A stretch of 64,000 bases of DNA. It comes from an uncultured Nitrospiraceae bacterium (lineage in GTDB: Bacteria > Nitrospirota > Nitrospiria > Nitrospirales > Nitrospiraceae). Position numbers and translations under genes: made by a program. Where the stretch lies: positions 480,001 through 544,000 of the forward strand of contig CAVSTP010000002.1 in the NCBI GenBank assembly GCA_963730935.1, read 5' to 3'. Of the stretch, positions 52,333 to 60,600 are shown in pieces. Below the pieces are notes generated by a model that worked only from the letters and a program-made list of their open reading frames with translations, was not told the origin of the DNA and made no database searches. Numbering within the stretch: position 1 is the stretch's first letter; each line of letters opens with the position of its first letter.

Positions 52333-53844
52333 TCACAGGCTCCGATCGATGAGGTATTGGACCAACAGCCTGGTACCGATGCCGGTCGGCCCTTTTGGAA
52401 TATAGGCCCGTTCCCGCTCGCTCCAATCGGTGCTGGCAATGTCGATGTGCACCCACGGACCGTCGCCGGCGAACTTGCTCAAAAATAGAGCTGCCGTGAT
52501 CATGCCGCCGCCGCGTCCGCCGATGTTGCGCATGTCGGCGACGTCGCTGCGCAGTTGCTCGAAATACTCTTCCCAGAGAGGCATTTCCCACACCCGCTCG
52601 CCGGATTTTTGGCCGGACTTCTGCACTTGCGCCTTCAATTTGTCGTCGGTGCCGAACATGCCAATGGCAAACTGGCCGAGTGCAACCACACAGGCGCCGG
52701 TGAGCGTTGCAATGTCGAGCAGCGCAGCGGGATTGTAGCGTTGGGCGTAGGCAAGGGCATCGGCGAGGATCAACCGGCCTTCCGCGTCCGTATTCTGTAC
52801 TTCTACCGTTTTCCCCGACAGCGTCTTCACAATGTCCCCCGGTTTCATCGCACGTCCTCCCGGCATATTTTCCGCCACCGGCAGGATGCTGACCAGACGC
52901 ATAGGTAACCGAAGGCGAGCAGCCGCTCTGACCGCGGCAAGGACTTCGGCGCCGCCGGTCATGTCCGCCTTCATGTGTTCCATGTTCTCGGCGGGCTTGA
53001 GCGAGATCCCTCCGGTGTCGAATGTGATCGTTTTCCCGATAAAGACCACCGGGCGCTCGTCTTTTTTCTTCGCTCCGTTGTATTCCAGAATAATGAACTT
53101 GGGCGCTTCATGGCTGCCGCGGGCGACGCCCAAGAGGGCGCCCATGCCCAGCTGCTCCATATCTTTTTGTTCGAGAATCTTCAGAGTCAGCGCTTCCTCC
53201 TTCGCAACTTTCTTGGCTTCGTTCGCGATGCGAGTCGGCGTCATCACGTTCGACGGATGGTTGCAGAGGTCGCGCACGAGCACGGCGGCTTCCGCCGTTG
53301 CCAGGCCGCGACGAATGCCTTCCGACAAAGGCCGCAGCTGAGCTTTCTGCTGGGTCAGGATGGTCATCCGTTCAACATTGGTCGGCGTGCCGTTGTCGCT
53401 CCGATAGGCGGTGAATTGATAATTCCCAAGAATCGCGCCTTCCGTCATTGCCTGTGCCACCTCGAGCGGAGTCTGCCCTTTGGGAGTCACCGCGGGCACC
53501 ACGGCGGCAAATGAATCGACTTTGCTTTGGCGCACTCGTTTCACCGCATGCCCCAGCGCTTGGCGAATCCCGTCCAAGGTCAGCTGGTGCTTCTTTCCTA
53601 ACCCGACCAACAGGAGACGTTTGGCAGGCACCTTGCCATGCGTGTGATAGACCAGAGCTTCTCCGGCTCTCCCCTCAAACTCCCGTGACTGCAGCAAGTC
53701 ACGCAAGGAGCCCCCGAGGACTTTGTCGAGACCGGACGCGTCCGGCCTGCTCAGAGGCTCTCCTTCACAATGCGTGACTACGAGCAGTTCTGCCGCTTCC
53801 GTCTCAGCAAGACCCACTTTCGTGTCGATCTGCATCATCATCAT
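52333..53844 (-). CDS. pepA: leucyl aminopeptidase (M17)
   Basis: GKTITFDTGGISLKP, MKADMTG, NTDAEGRL, ATLTGA. Confidence 0.96.
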   Translation of the reverse strand: MMMMQIDTKVGLAETEAAELLVVTHCEGEPLSRPDASGLDKVLGGSLRDLLQSREFEGRAGEALVYHTHGKVPAKRLLLVGLGKKHQLTLDGIRQALGHAVKRVRQSKVDSFAAVVPAVTPKGQTPLEVAQAMTEGAILGNYQFTAYRSDNGTPTNVERMTILTQQKAQLRPLSEGIRRGLATAEAAVLVRDLCNHPSNVMTPTRIANEAKKVAKEEALTLKILEQKDMEQLGMGALLGVARGSHEAPKFIILEYNGAKKKDERPVVFIGKTITFDTGGISLKPAENMEHMKADMTGGAEVLAAVRAAARLRLPMRLVSILPVAENMPGGRAMKPGDIVKTLSGKTVEVQNTDAEGRLILADALAYAQRYNPAALLDIATLTGACVVALGQFAIGMFGTDDKLKAQVQKSGQKSGERVWEMPLWEEYFEQLRSDVADMRNIGGRGGGMITAALFLSKFAGDGPWVHIDIASTDWSERERAYIPKGPTGIGTRLLVQYLIDRSL

Positions 53845-53921
53845 TCGCCGTTCCCTTTCTCTCTTTGTTCCATGCCCTGTGTATTTGTCAGATTCTCAGA
53901 GCCTCTTCACGCCGTTATCCT

Positions 53922-54557
53922 TTATACCCCACGCATGTCGGGTGCCCAAATCAACTTATGGAGCTGCAGCTGCAGTCGAACGGGCAGCCGGTCCGCCAAC
54001 ACCCATTCCGCCAACTGCCGCGGATCCAGCGAGCCGAAGACGGGGCTCATGAGGACGGTGCAGCGGGTCGCCAACTCGTGCTGTTCGAGCACCTGACGCG
54101 CCCATTCATAGTCGGCCCGCTCTGCCAGCACGAACTTGGCTTCGTCCTTCATGGTCAACCGATCCAGATTCGGCCAGTGCATCCTGTCCGACATGCCGCT
54201 GCCGGGGCATTTCACATCGAGAATCACATGGGCCCGCGTATCGACGGTGGCGGTATCGATGGCACCGCTGGTTTCGATCAAGACATCATACCCTCGCTCA
54301 CAGAGCTTGGTGATCAGTGGAAAGGCTTCCGATTGCGCGAGCGGTTCGCCGCCTGTGATTTCCACGAGCCGGCAACCATAGGACTCGACCTTCCCGAGAA
54401 TGTATTCAATGGACTGTTCACTTCCTCCATAGAAGGCATATTCCGTATCGCACCAGGTGCAGCGCAGCGGACAGCCGGTCAGCCGTATGAAGACGCAGGG
54501 CTGCCCGACAAAGCTCGATTCGCCTTGGATGCTATAAAAAATCTCTGTAACGCGCAT
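53922..54557 (-). CDS. queE: 7-carboxy-7-deazaguanine synthase (radical SAM)
   Basis: EIFYSIQGES, CPLRCTWCDT, TGGEPL, QLHK. Confidence 0.9.
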   Translation of the reverse strand: MRVTEIFYSIQGESSFVGQPCVFIRLTGCPLRCTWCDTEYAFYGGSEQSIEYILGKVESYGCRLVEITGGEPLAQSEAFPLITKLCERGYDVLIETSGAIDTATVDTRAHVILDVKCPGSGMSDRMHWPNLDRLTMKDEAKFVLAERADYEWARQVLEQHELATRCTVLMSPVFGSLDPRQLAEWVLADRLPVRLQLQLHKLIWAPDMRGV

Positions 54558-54558
54558 G

Positions 54559-55269
54559 TTAGGTCCAATCCACAACCGGCCAACCTCGACCGCGTGCAAT
54601 GCGCCGCATGCCACGGATCGGATTAACGACCACCGGGTATCCTACGAGCGTGAGGATTTCCGTGTCGCCCGGGCTGTCGCCGTAGGCAAACGAGCTCGCC
54701 AGCTCGAGACCTTTTTCCTGAGCATGCGACACGATGAGCTGCCGCTTTCCGGTCCCGTAGGGGAGGGGAGGAACGACCGCGCCGGTATAGCGGCCGCCGA
54801 GACGCTCCAACCGCGCCGCAAACAGCGTAGGGACGTTCAATGCGGCAGCAAGCGGTGTAATCAGGAAGTCCGGTGCTCCGGAGATCAGAATGAGCTGATG
54901 ACCTGATTGCCGATGCGCCTCCAGCCGCTCTCGGCCTTGGCGGGACACTGCCCGCAACATTTCGTCGTGAAAAAACTCACGGGCGCAGGCCTCGATCAGG
55001 GACGGATCCTTTTCTTCCAAGTACACCTTGCGCTCGCGCAGGGGATGTATCGAGACGGATGGTCCCTGTCGGACCAGCCAGACGAGGCTTCGCCGCAATT
55101 CGCGCCAGCCGACCAACCCTCTTCGCCACAGATAACGGAAGAATCGCACCTCGCAGGCCTCTCCCGGGATGAGCGTGTTGTCGACGTCGAACAGTGCGGC
55201 GAGCGAGGCCGGAGAGACGGTTGTGGCGGCCCGGATGAGAGAGGGATGTAAGTCGTGATAGCCGTGCAT
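54559..55269 (-). CDS. HAD-IB family hydrolase
   Basis: FDVDNTL, LISGA, AYGDS.GD. Confidence 0.9.
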   Translation of the reverse strand: MHGYHDLHPSLIRAATTVSPASLAALFDVDNTLIPGEACEVRFFRYLWRRGLVGWRELRRSLVWLVRQGPSVSIHPLRERKVYLEEKDPSLIEACAREFFHDEMLRAVSRQGRERLEAHRQSGHQLILISGAPDFLITPLAAALNVPTLFAARLERLGGRYTGAVVPPLPYGTGKRQLIVSHAQEKGLELASSFAYGDSPGDTEILTLVGYPVVVNPIRGMRRIARGRGWPVVDWT

Positions 55270-55325
55270 GGTATTGAATTAATCGGCGAGCAATCGACGG
55301 CCAATCTTACAGAACAGACCGTTGA

Positions 55326-55355
55326 TTGACAAGGATTTTGGCCTACTTCTATAAT
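55326..55355 (+). promoter_or_regulatory. consensus sigma70 promoter for tRNA-Leu
   Basis: TTGACA-N18-TATAAT. Confidence 0.75.
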
Positions 55356-55393
55356 GCCGTTCCCTCGTAGAACAGGACTAGTCGAAACTCCGG

Positions 55394-55515
55394 GGCCCGT
55401 TCAAGATGCCCTTGAACGAGGCCGCAGAGAGCCCTGCGAACGAGACGGGCGCGGTTGTTACGTCGCAGTGAAGCAGGCGACCGAGAACGAAGTTGAAGGG
55501 CCTTTTCAGCGGGCC
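55394..55515. repeat. MITE/REP-like element with imperfect ~24-bp terminal inverted repeats
   Basis: Left end GGCCCGTTCAAGATGCCCTTGAAC versus reverse complement of right end GGCCCGCTGAAAAGGCCCTTCAAC. Confidence 0.6.
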
Positions 55516-55519
55516 TGAG

Positions 55520-55603
55520 GCCGAAGTGGTGGAATGGCAGACACGCACGTTTGAGGGGCGTGTGGCGCAAGCCGTGCGGGTTCAAGTCCCGCCTTCGGCA
55601 CCA
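55520..55603 (+). tRNA. tRNA-Leu (GAG); probable integration site (att)
   Basis: GCCGAAG...CTTCGGC-ACCA; anticodon arm CACGT-TTGAGGG-GCGTG; integrase stop 14 bp downstream. Confidence 0.96.
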
Positions 55604-55617
55604 ATTCTTCTTTCCTC

Positions 55618-56790
55618 TTAATTCGTCAGTGCGTTAGCGAACTGCGATTTGGCAGGTGTTACGGGGGTGTTAATGGCAGCGTCGAGCCGAGCCATGGCTG
55701 AGTCCAACCGCTCGGCATTCACCGCGCGATACCGGAGGAACATCTCGACTGAGGAATGCCCCACAATCTTCATGATCGTTTCGGTATCGACTCCGGCATC
55801 CGCCAGGTTGGTAACGGCGCAGTGTCGCAGATCATGAAAGACAAAATCCTTAATCCCCTGTTCTTGGCAGAGCAGCTGAACCTCTCGGTACGTGTGATTC
55901 AGTTTCTGTCCATCCCTGGTAAATACAAGCCCCTGGATGCGCATAACGCCATCCTGCGACCTCAACCGCTGTAGTTCCCGCGCAGGGGTCGGGGTAATCG
56001 GTACCGTGCGTTCCTGGCCGGTTTTGGTCAAATGGCCAGGCAGGTAGACTCGACCGCGTTCCACGTCGACCCAATCCCACGTCAAGGTGAGAATCTCTTC
56101 CAGTCGCATCCCTGTGTGATAGCCGGTCAGGAGTACTGGCTTGAACCAGCCCGGTGCAGCACCGTAGAGCCGTTCCCATTCCTCTGGTTCCAAGACTCGG
56201 TTTCTGGCGTTCTTGGGCTTCGGGGCGGCCACTAATGAAGCGACATTGCGTGTGATAAGGTCTCGCTTCATGGCCTGCTTGAGCATGTGTTTCAGGATAT
56301 TGTGGTCGACATTCACGGTCGCCACTGCCCGGGCTTGGCCTCGTTCCTGCCTAAACGCCTCCACATGCTTTGCGGTCAAACTTGGAAGCAAGGTGTTTCT
56401 CCCAAAGAAGGGGACAAGCACTTCCTCAATCCGCTGACACCGTTCTTTGTACGATCGTAGCCGCCTCACTTCTTCAATCTGGAGGTATTCCTCCGCCCAT
56501 TGCCCGAACGTGCTCACGTTGCTGGCCAGGCGTTCACTCATCATGGCCCCGGCAAGGAGCTTCCCCTTGATCACGGCTTCATGCTGACGGGCAATCGTCT
56601 TGTTCCCACAGCCGACCTTCCAGCGCTTCAGCTTTGCCCCAGGCATACGGTAAACGAGCGAGAGCCGCTCGCCGTCGTCCACCACGAAAAACTCGACGTA
56701 ATAGGTCCAGGTCTTCGGACACGCACATTTCAGCCCCTTCGCTCCATTCGAACATCTTCTGGCACACTTACCCCTTCGTGTCAGACCCAT
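55618..56790 (-). CDS. phage-type tyrosine integrase
   Basis: Catalytic set intact: TGMRLEE (R), TKTG (K), FHDLRH, VGH, FLRY. Confidence 0.95.
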   Translation of the reverse strand: MGLTRRGKCARRCSNGAKGLKCACPKTWTYYVEFFVVDDGERLSLVYRMPGAKLKRWKVGCGNKTIARQHEAVIKGKLLAGAMMSERLASNVSTFGQWAEEYLQIEEVRRLRSYKERCQRIEEVLVPFFGRNTLLPSLTAKHVEAFRQERGQARAVATVNVDHNILKHMLKQAMKRDLITRNVASLVAAPKPKNARNRVLEPEEWERLYGAAPGWFKPVLLTGYHTGMRLEEILTLTWDWVDVERGRVYLPGHLTKTGQERTVPITPTPARELQRLRSQDGVMRIQGLVFTRDGQKLNHTYREVQLLCQEQGIKDFVFHDLRHCAVTNLADAGVDTETIMKIVGHSSVEMFLRYRAVNAERLDSAMARLDAAINTPVTPAKSQFANALTN

Positions 56791-56998
56791 GATGACGCCC
56801 TCCCTTCTGTGGTTGGCCCACCAGTTGGTTAAGAGTGACTCCTAGCGCTCGACACAGCTTCAGCAGGGTAGAGAGCTGCGGGTCCAGCCGGCCAGTCTCC
56901 ATCTTCACGATGGACACATAATGCACACCGGACAGTGCGCCAAGCTTGCGGACGGTCAAACCCCGCTTCTCTCGCCATATCTTCAATTGTGTCTGCAT
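56768..56998 (-). CDS. XRE-family HTH regulator
   Basis: LKIWREKRGLTVRKLGALSGV...IVKMETGRLDPQLSTLLKLCRALGV. Confidence 0.9.
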   Translation of the reverse strand: MQTQLKIWREKRGLTVRKLGALSGVHYVSIVKMETGRLDPQLSTLLKLCRALGVTLNQLVGQPQKGGRHHGSDTKG

Positions 56999-57004
56999 GG
57001 GATC

Positions 57005-57033
57005 ATGGTAGTCTTTTAGCTATCAACAGTCAA
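57005..57033 (-). promoter_or_regulatory. sigma70 promoter with overlapping palindromic operator, probably leaderless for the XRE gene
   Basis: Minus strand TTGACT-N17-TACCAT, then 6 nt, then ATG; imperfect palindrome GGTAGTCTTTTAGCTATC. Confidence 0.6.
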
Positions 57034-57291
57034 GGGTGATTGTATGGAAAGCGAACGGCGAACCTTTACAGAATGCGAGTTAATCCATTTGTCGATTTCG
57101 CCCCGGTCGAACTTGGTTAACCGGCCAATCTTCACGAAGGGAATGCGGCGTTGAGAGACCATCGTGTAGAGCGTATGCACAGACAAGCCCGTGTAAGTGG
57201 CGACTTGCTGGATATCGAAGAGCCGGGGGGCTATGGAGTCGTGGTCAGCCTGTTTCATCGCAGGGTCTCCGTTTTTTACTCTCCACCCCAA
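57016..57291 (-). CDS. excisionase/HTH_17 DNA-binding protein
   Basis: LFDIQQVATYTGLSVHTLYTMVSQRRIPFVKIGRLTKFDRGEIDKWI; start uncertain. Confidence 0.88.
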   Translation of the reverse strand: MGWRVKNGDPAMKQADHDSIAPRLFDIQQVATYTGLSVHTLYTMVSQRRIPFVKIGRLTKFDRGEIDKWINSHSVKVRRSLSIQSPLTVDS

Positions 57292-57414
57292 GCTGGGATT
57301 CAGCTTCCACTATCAACTTTCCCCGCAACGACACGTTATTGGTGCTCTAGCCACGTTCAAGCCGCTCCTTGTTCCCCCTGCGGGCGGGTAAATTTGGGAT
57401 TAAAAAAAGAATTC

Positions 57415-57942
57415 TTATCCGTTTGAATTACACCCCTCGCCATGTGGTGAATGGTCCTTGGACTGCTTCACTTTCACGGGTTTGCCTAACTCATTCTCGG
57501 CATCCATGATGATCTTAGCTAAAATTCCAATGTTTTCTGTGGACTGTCCTCTCGACAGCCGGCCCTGCATAGCCACTTGCGAAAAGGCATAGGCTCGATT
57601 GTTCAAACTCGCCTTTTGTATCGCTTCCTCGTCTACCAAAGAGGCAATCAATCGCTCTTCAACGACACTAAGCAGTGCAGGCCGGATCTCTTCAAATTGC
57701 TCTACGCGCTCAGGGTCATGCGTTAAGGCGACCAGTTCGCTCAATGCACGGTAAACAGAGGACTTCGGAGCTCCTAACTGCTCAGGGATCTCCTGATATG
57801 ACAGCTTGTTTAATACTCTCAACCGATAGGCTTTCAGCACATCAAAGTTATACCGCTTAAGGTGAGGACTCTGTTTCGTTGCTGTTTCAACTGAGGGGAG
57901 GACTTCAGCCGCGTCCCACACCGTCTTTTCCTTATGTGACAT
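57415..57942 (-). CDS. HTH protein, possibly terminase-small-subunit-like
   Basis: HTH LSYQEIPEQLGAPKSSVYRAL, helical middle, RLSRGQSTEN; RBS AAGGAG. Confidence 0.6.
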   Translation of the reverse strand: MSHKEKTVWDAAEVLPSVETATKQSPHLKRYNFDVLKAYRLRVLNKLSYQEIPEQLGAPKSSVYRALSELVALTHDPERVEQFEEIRPALLSVVEERLIASLVDEEAIQKASLNNRAYAFSQVAMQGRLSRGQSTENIGILAKIIMDAENELGKPVKVKQSKDHSPHGEGCNSNG

Positions 57943-57954
57943 TCGCGCTTCTCC

Positions 57955-58335
57955 TTATGTCCTAGACGTGCCACTGTCCAGACTGTCGTGTTCTTCAACC
58001 ATGATTTCCCTTTCACCCACCGCACCATGTTTCTCAAACGCCTGGCGCGACCGCAACCTGTCAGACCTTATCCAGCGGGGTAACCCTTGATATTCCGTTA
58101 CGATCCAGAATGAAGCCGTTGGGCTGGTACCGACGATTGCGAGGAATTCTGGCTTCACGCCGCCGACAATGCGACCGTCGGCTTGCTCCCAATAGATTTC
58201 CCGCGCCGTCGGTGAGGCTGGTTCGATCACGATATCGCTAAACGTAACCGACTCTTCTATCAAACGAGTGGTCGGCTCCTGCTTCAGTCTGGCAAGAATC
58301 TGTTTGGCGCGATGTGAAAGATTCCGGTCCATCAT
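57955..58335 (-). CDS. hypothetical protein of the island
   Basis: Co-oriented ORF with RBS AGGGGG. Confidence 0.7.
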   Translation of the reverse strand: MMDRNLSHRAKQILARLKQEPTTRLIEESVTFSDIVIEPASPTAREIYWEQADGRIVGGVKPEFLAIVGTSPTASFWIVTEYQGLPRWIRSDRLRSRQAFEKHGAVGEREIMVEEHDSLDSGTSRT

Positions 58336-58355
58336 GGGTTATACCCCCTACATCT

Positions 58356-58453
58356 GGAACACATGGAACAAGCGGAACACGCTATAACGCATTGAGATTG
58401 TTTCACGCTCTCTGGCTTTCCTTGCCTCATGTTCCACTTGTGACGGATGTTTC
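58356..58453. repeat. inverted iteron arrays, putative replication origin
   Basis: GGAACA at 58356, 58365, 58374; TGTTCC/TGTGAC/TGTTTC at 58430, 58439, 58448 (both arrays 9-bp period). Confidence 0.7.
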
Positions 58454-59830
58454 CGGGATATAACGCCTTACCAGATCATCGATCTGTTCACGGTTAAAGA
58501 CATATCCTCGGCGGTTATCTTTCCCCACTTCCCGAAATCGTGTCGATTTCAGTCCTAGAGGGTGAAGTCGGCTTGATAGCGCCTTGGGGGTCAGAGACTC
58601 CCACGCCAACCGGACGCGCACCTTTTCCGCGAGATCATGGGTGGTCACTCTGGCTTCCGTTCCAAGCAAGAGACATTCGTTCAATACTTCGATAATCCCG
58701 GGGATGGTATCGTCGGCTGAACGTGAAGCACGCTCGCCGCCAAGGCGCTCGGCCAGACAGATCATTCTGTTTGTCAGTGTGCCGGCGTTCTCGCTCGCAT
58801 CAATTACCGCCCCAATCGAGAGTAGCGGCTCCCACAGATCGACAGCCCGATAATCGAGGGCGGACAGGCCAGAAAATTCGGCTTCGTCGTACAGTTCTGC
58901 GATGGTCGCAGCCGTCGTTAACGCGAAAATATACAGATCATCTCGGAGAATCTGGGCTTCGTGATTGAGCCGTCGAAGGCTGAAACGTTCAGTCGTTTGT
59001 CCATGGAGAAGCCGCTGCATCATCACCATGATGCTTCGATCCTCTAAGGTCGTTTCGAGAGCAGATATCGATGCAATGGCTCGAGGGACATATGTCTCGA
59101 ACACCTCCTTTTGCTGTCCCTGATTGGCTTTCTTGTACCGTGTCACGACGCCCCCTTTATGAAATCCAGCATTGAAAACGGCGGTCACGGCACTCCATCG
59201 TTCTTTGTCGCCGGTCATGCCTTCCAGTTCATCGTAAATTTGGACCCCGCCATCTTCGCGCGGCTCCCTGAAAATCTGCGCTTCCGTTGGCGACGCCGTT
59301 GGCTAGTGAGCGTTAAAGCCCAGGAGGGCTATTAGATCGAGTGTTCGACTTTTCCCGCAGCGCTTCTCGGGGGAACGAAGGACCAGGTACGGGAAGTACT
59401 CAAAGATCGAGTAGCAGTAGGTTCCCGCCAACCAGAGAGCTAGCAAAGCCGGATGGTCATCACCCATGACAACGAACCGTCGAATGAATGCTTCCAGTCG
59501 TTGCATAAGATCAGGGCCGTTGATCGCATCACAGCGTAGGAATCGCTTGATGCCATCTTTTGAGAAGCGGACATTCGTCAAGCCGTAATTCACTGCGCCA
59601 AACTGTTCCGCTGACAGAATTTCTCGGTTTGCACAAATGGCATAGGGGCGGCCATCGATCATGACTCCAACACTGAACATCCCGTTTCGATAGTCCTGGG
59701 GCAATCGAGGGGGTAATGTCGTGTCCGGCCCTTCAAGCAGGTATCCAAAGCGTTCGAGGGGTGATCTAGTGGTTCCGCTTAGTAACGGTACTGTAGCCAG
59801 TTGTTCCACATCCTCAAGACTATGCTGCAT
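58427..59830 (-). pseudogene. DUF3631-type replication NTPase/helicase interrupted by one in-frame TAG
   Basis: ORFs 59303-59830 and 58427-59218 are in the same frame. Reading through TAG at 59303-59305 gives GFNAH*PTASPTEAQIFREPREDGGVQIYDELEGMTGDK. P-loop SPEKRCGKS lies before the stop and Walker-B-like QIYDE after it. Confidence 0.8.
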
Positions 59831-60326
59831 GGTGGACCGTCCTTTCCTGAAATGCTCTCACTCTGAGGTCATCCGCGACGGTTTCGAGAAAGTCTGCGCG
59901 GTCCTGGTCACTGTAGGCGCGCCCAATGGCATTCATTAGCCGGTCAAGCTGCTTCTCGCTCAGCTTGTCGATGGTGAAACGGGCTACGGCATTCAGAACG
60001 CGGTCAGCCCGGAGCCGTCGATCCAGTGCAGCGAGTTCAAACCGAAACGCCACGCCATTAAGATCGGTTTTCGGAGGTCGAGGCAGTGAGCATTGTCGCG
60101 GTGGGACCCGACTATCTATGAACAGATCGGCCATAGTCAGCCCCAGAGCCGCGACTACGTCCTTTGTCTCGCACTGCGCATGACAATGAACGAGGATTCG
60201 GTCGTTCCCTTCGGCAATGGATAAGGAAGGACTTTTGTCTGTATGAACAGGGCATCGGGCCATGTATTTCCCGCGTCCACTAGATCGCACACATTGCAGT
60301 AAACCAATGAAGCCAGCCGCCGTCAT
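59820..60326 (-). CDS. primase zinc-binding (CHC2-like) domain protein, no TOPRIM
   Basis: ARCPVHTDKSPSLSI...LVHCHAQC...ALGLTMADLF. Confidence 0.85.
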   Translation of the reverse strand: MTAAGFIGLLQCVRSSGRGKYMARCPVHTDKSPSLSIAEGNDRILVHCHAQCETKDVVAALGLTMADLFIDSRVPPRQCSLPRPPKTDLNGVAFRFELAALDRRLRADRVLNAVARFTIDKLSEKQLDRLMNAIGRAYSDQDRADFLETVADDLRVRAFQERTVHHAA

Positions 60327-60523
60327 GTGCCCACCTCTGTCGCACTGGCGATTCCATCGTTTCCATGAGGCCCCTTCGCCCATTGCAGCAATTCCACCAG
60401 ATTGAACCGCTTACTCTTGCCAACGCAGTAAACGCCAGGCGTACTCAATGGCAGTCGATACAACTTGGTTTTTGACACGTTGAGAGTCCTACTAGCAGTA
60501 GTGACATCAACAAGCGGCTCCAT
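60323..60523 (-). CDS. AlpA/excisionase-like HTH protein
   Basis: LVDVTTASRTLNVSKTKLYRL...VGKSKRF; RBS AAGGAG; ATGA coupling to the primase gene. Confidence 0.75.
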   Translation of the reverse strand: MEPLVDVTTASRTLNVSKTKLYRLPLSTPGVYCVGKSKRFNLVELLQWAKGPHGNDGIASATEVGT

Positions 60524-60550
60524 GTGAATTGCTCCTTGGTTGGGTGAGAG

Positions 60551-60600
60551 AAAAAACACAAAAGCCCCGCTTCATGGCCCAGAGGCCACAAATTGGGGCT
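60551..60600 (-). terminator. intrinsic terminator in the 5' leader of the island operon
   Basis: Minus strand AGCCCC...TGGCC-TCTG-GGCCA...GGGGCT followed by TTTGTGTTTTTT. Confidence 0.6.

Noticed and set aside
59303..59305. Pyrrolysine or alternative-code readthrough of TAG
   Set aside because: There are no pyl genes or suppressor tRNA in the window, and many host genes end in TAG. A nonsense mutation is simpler.
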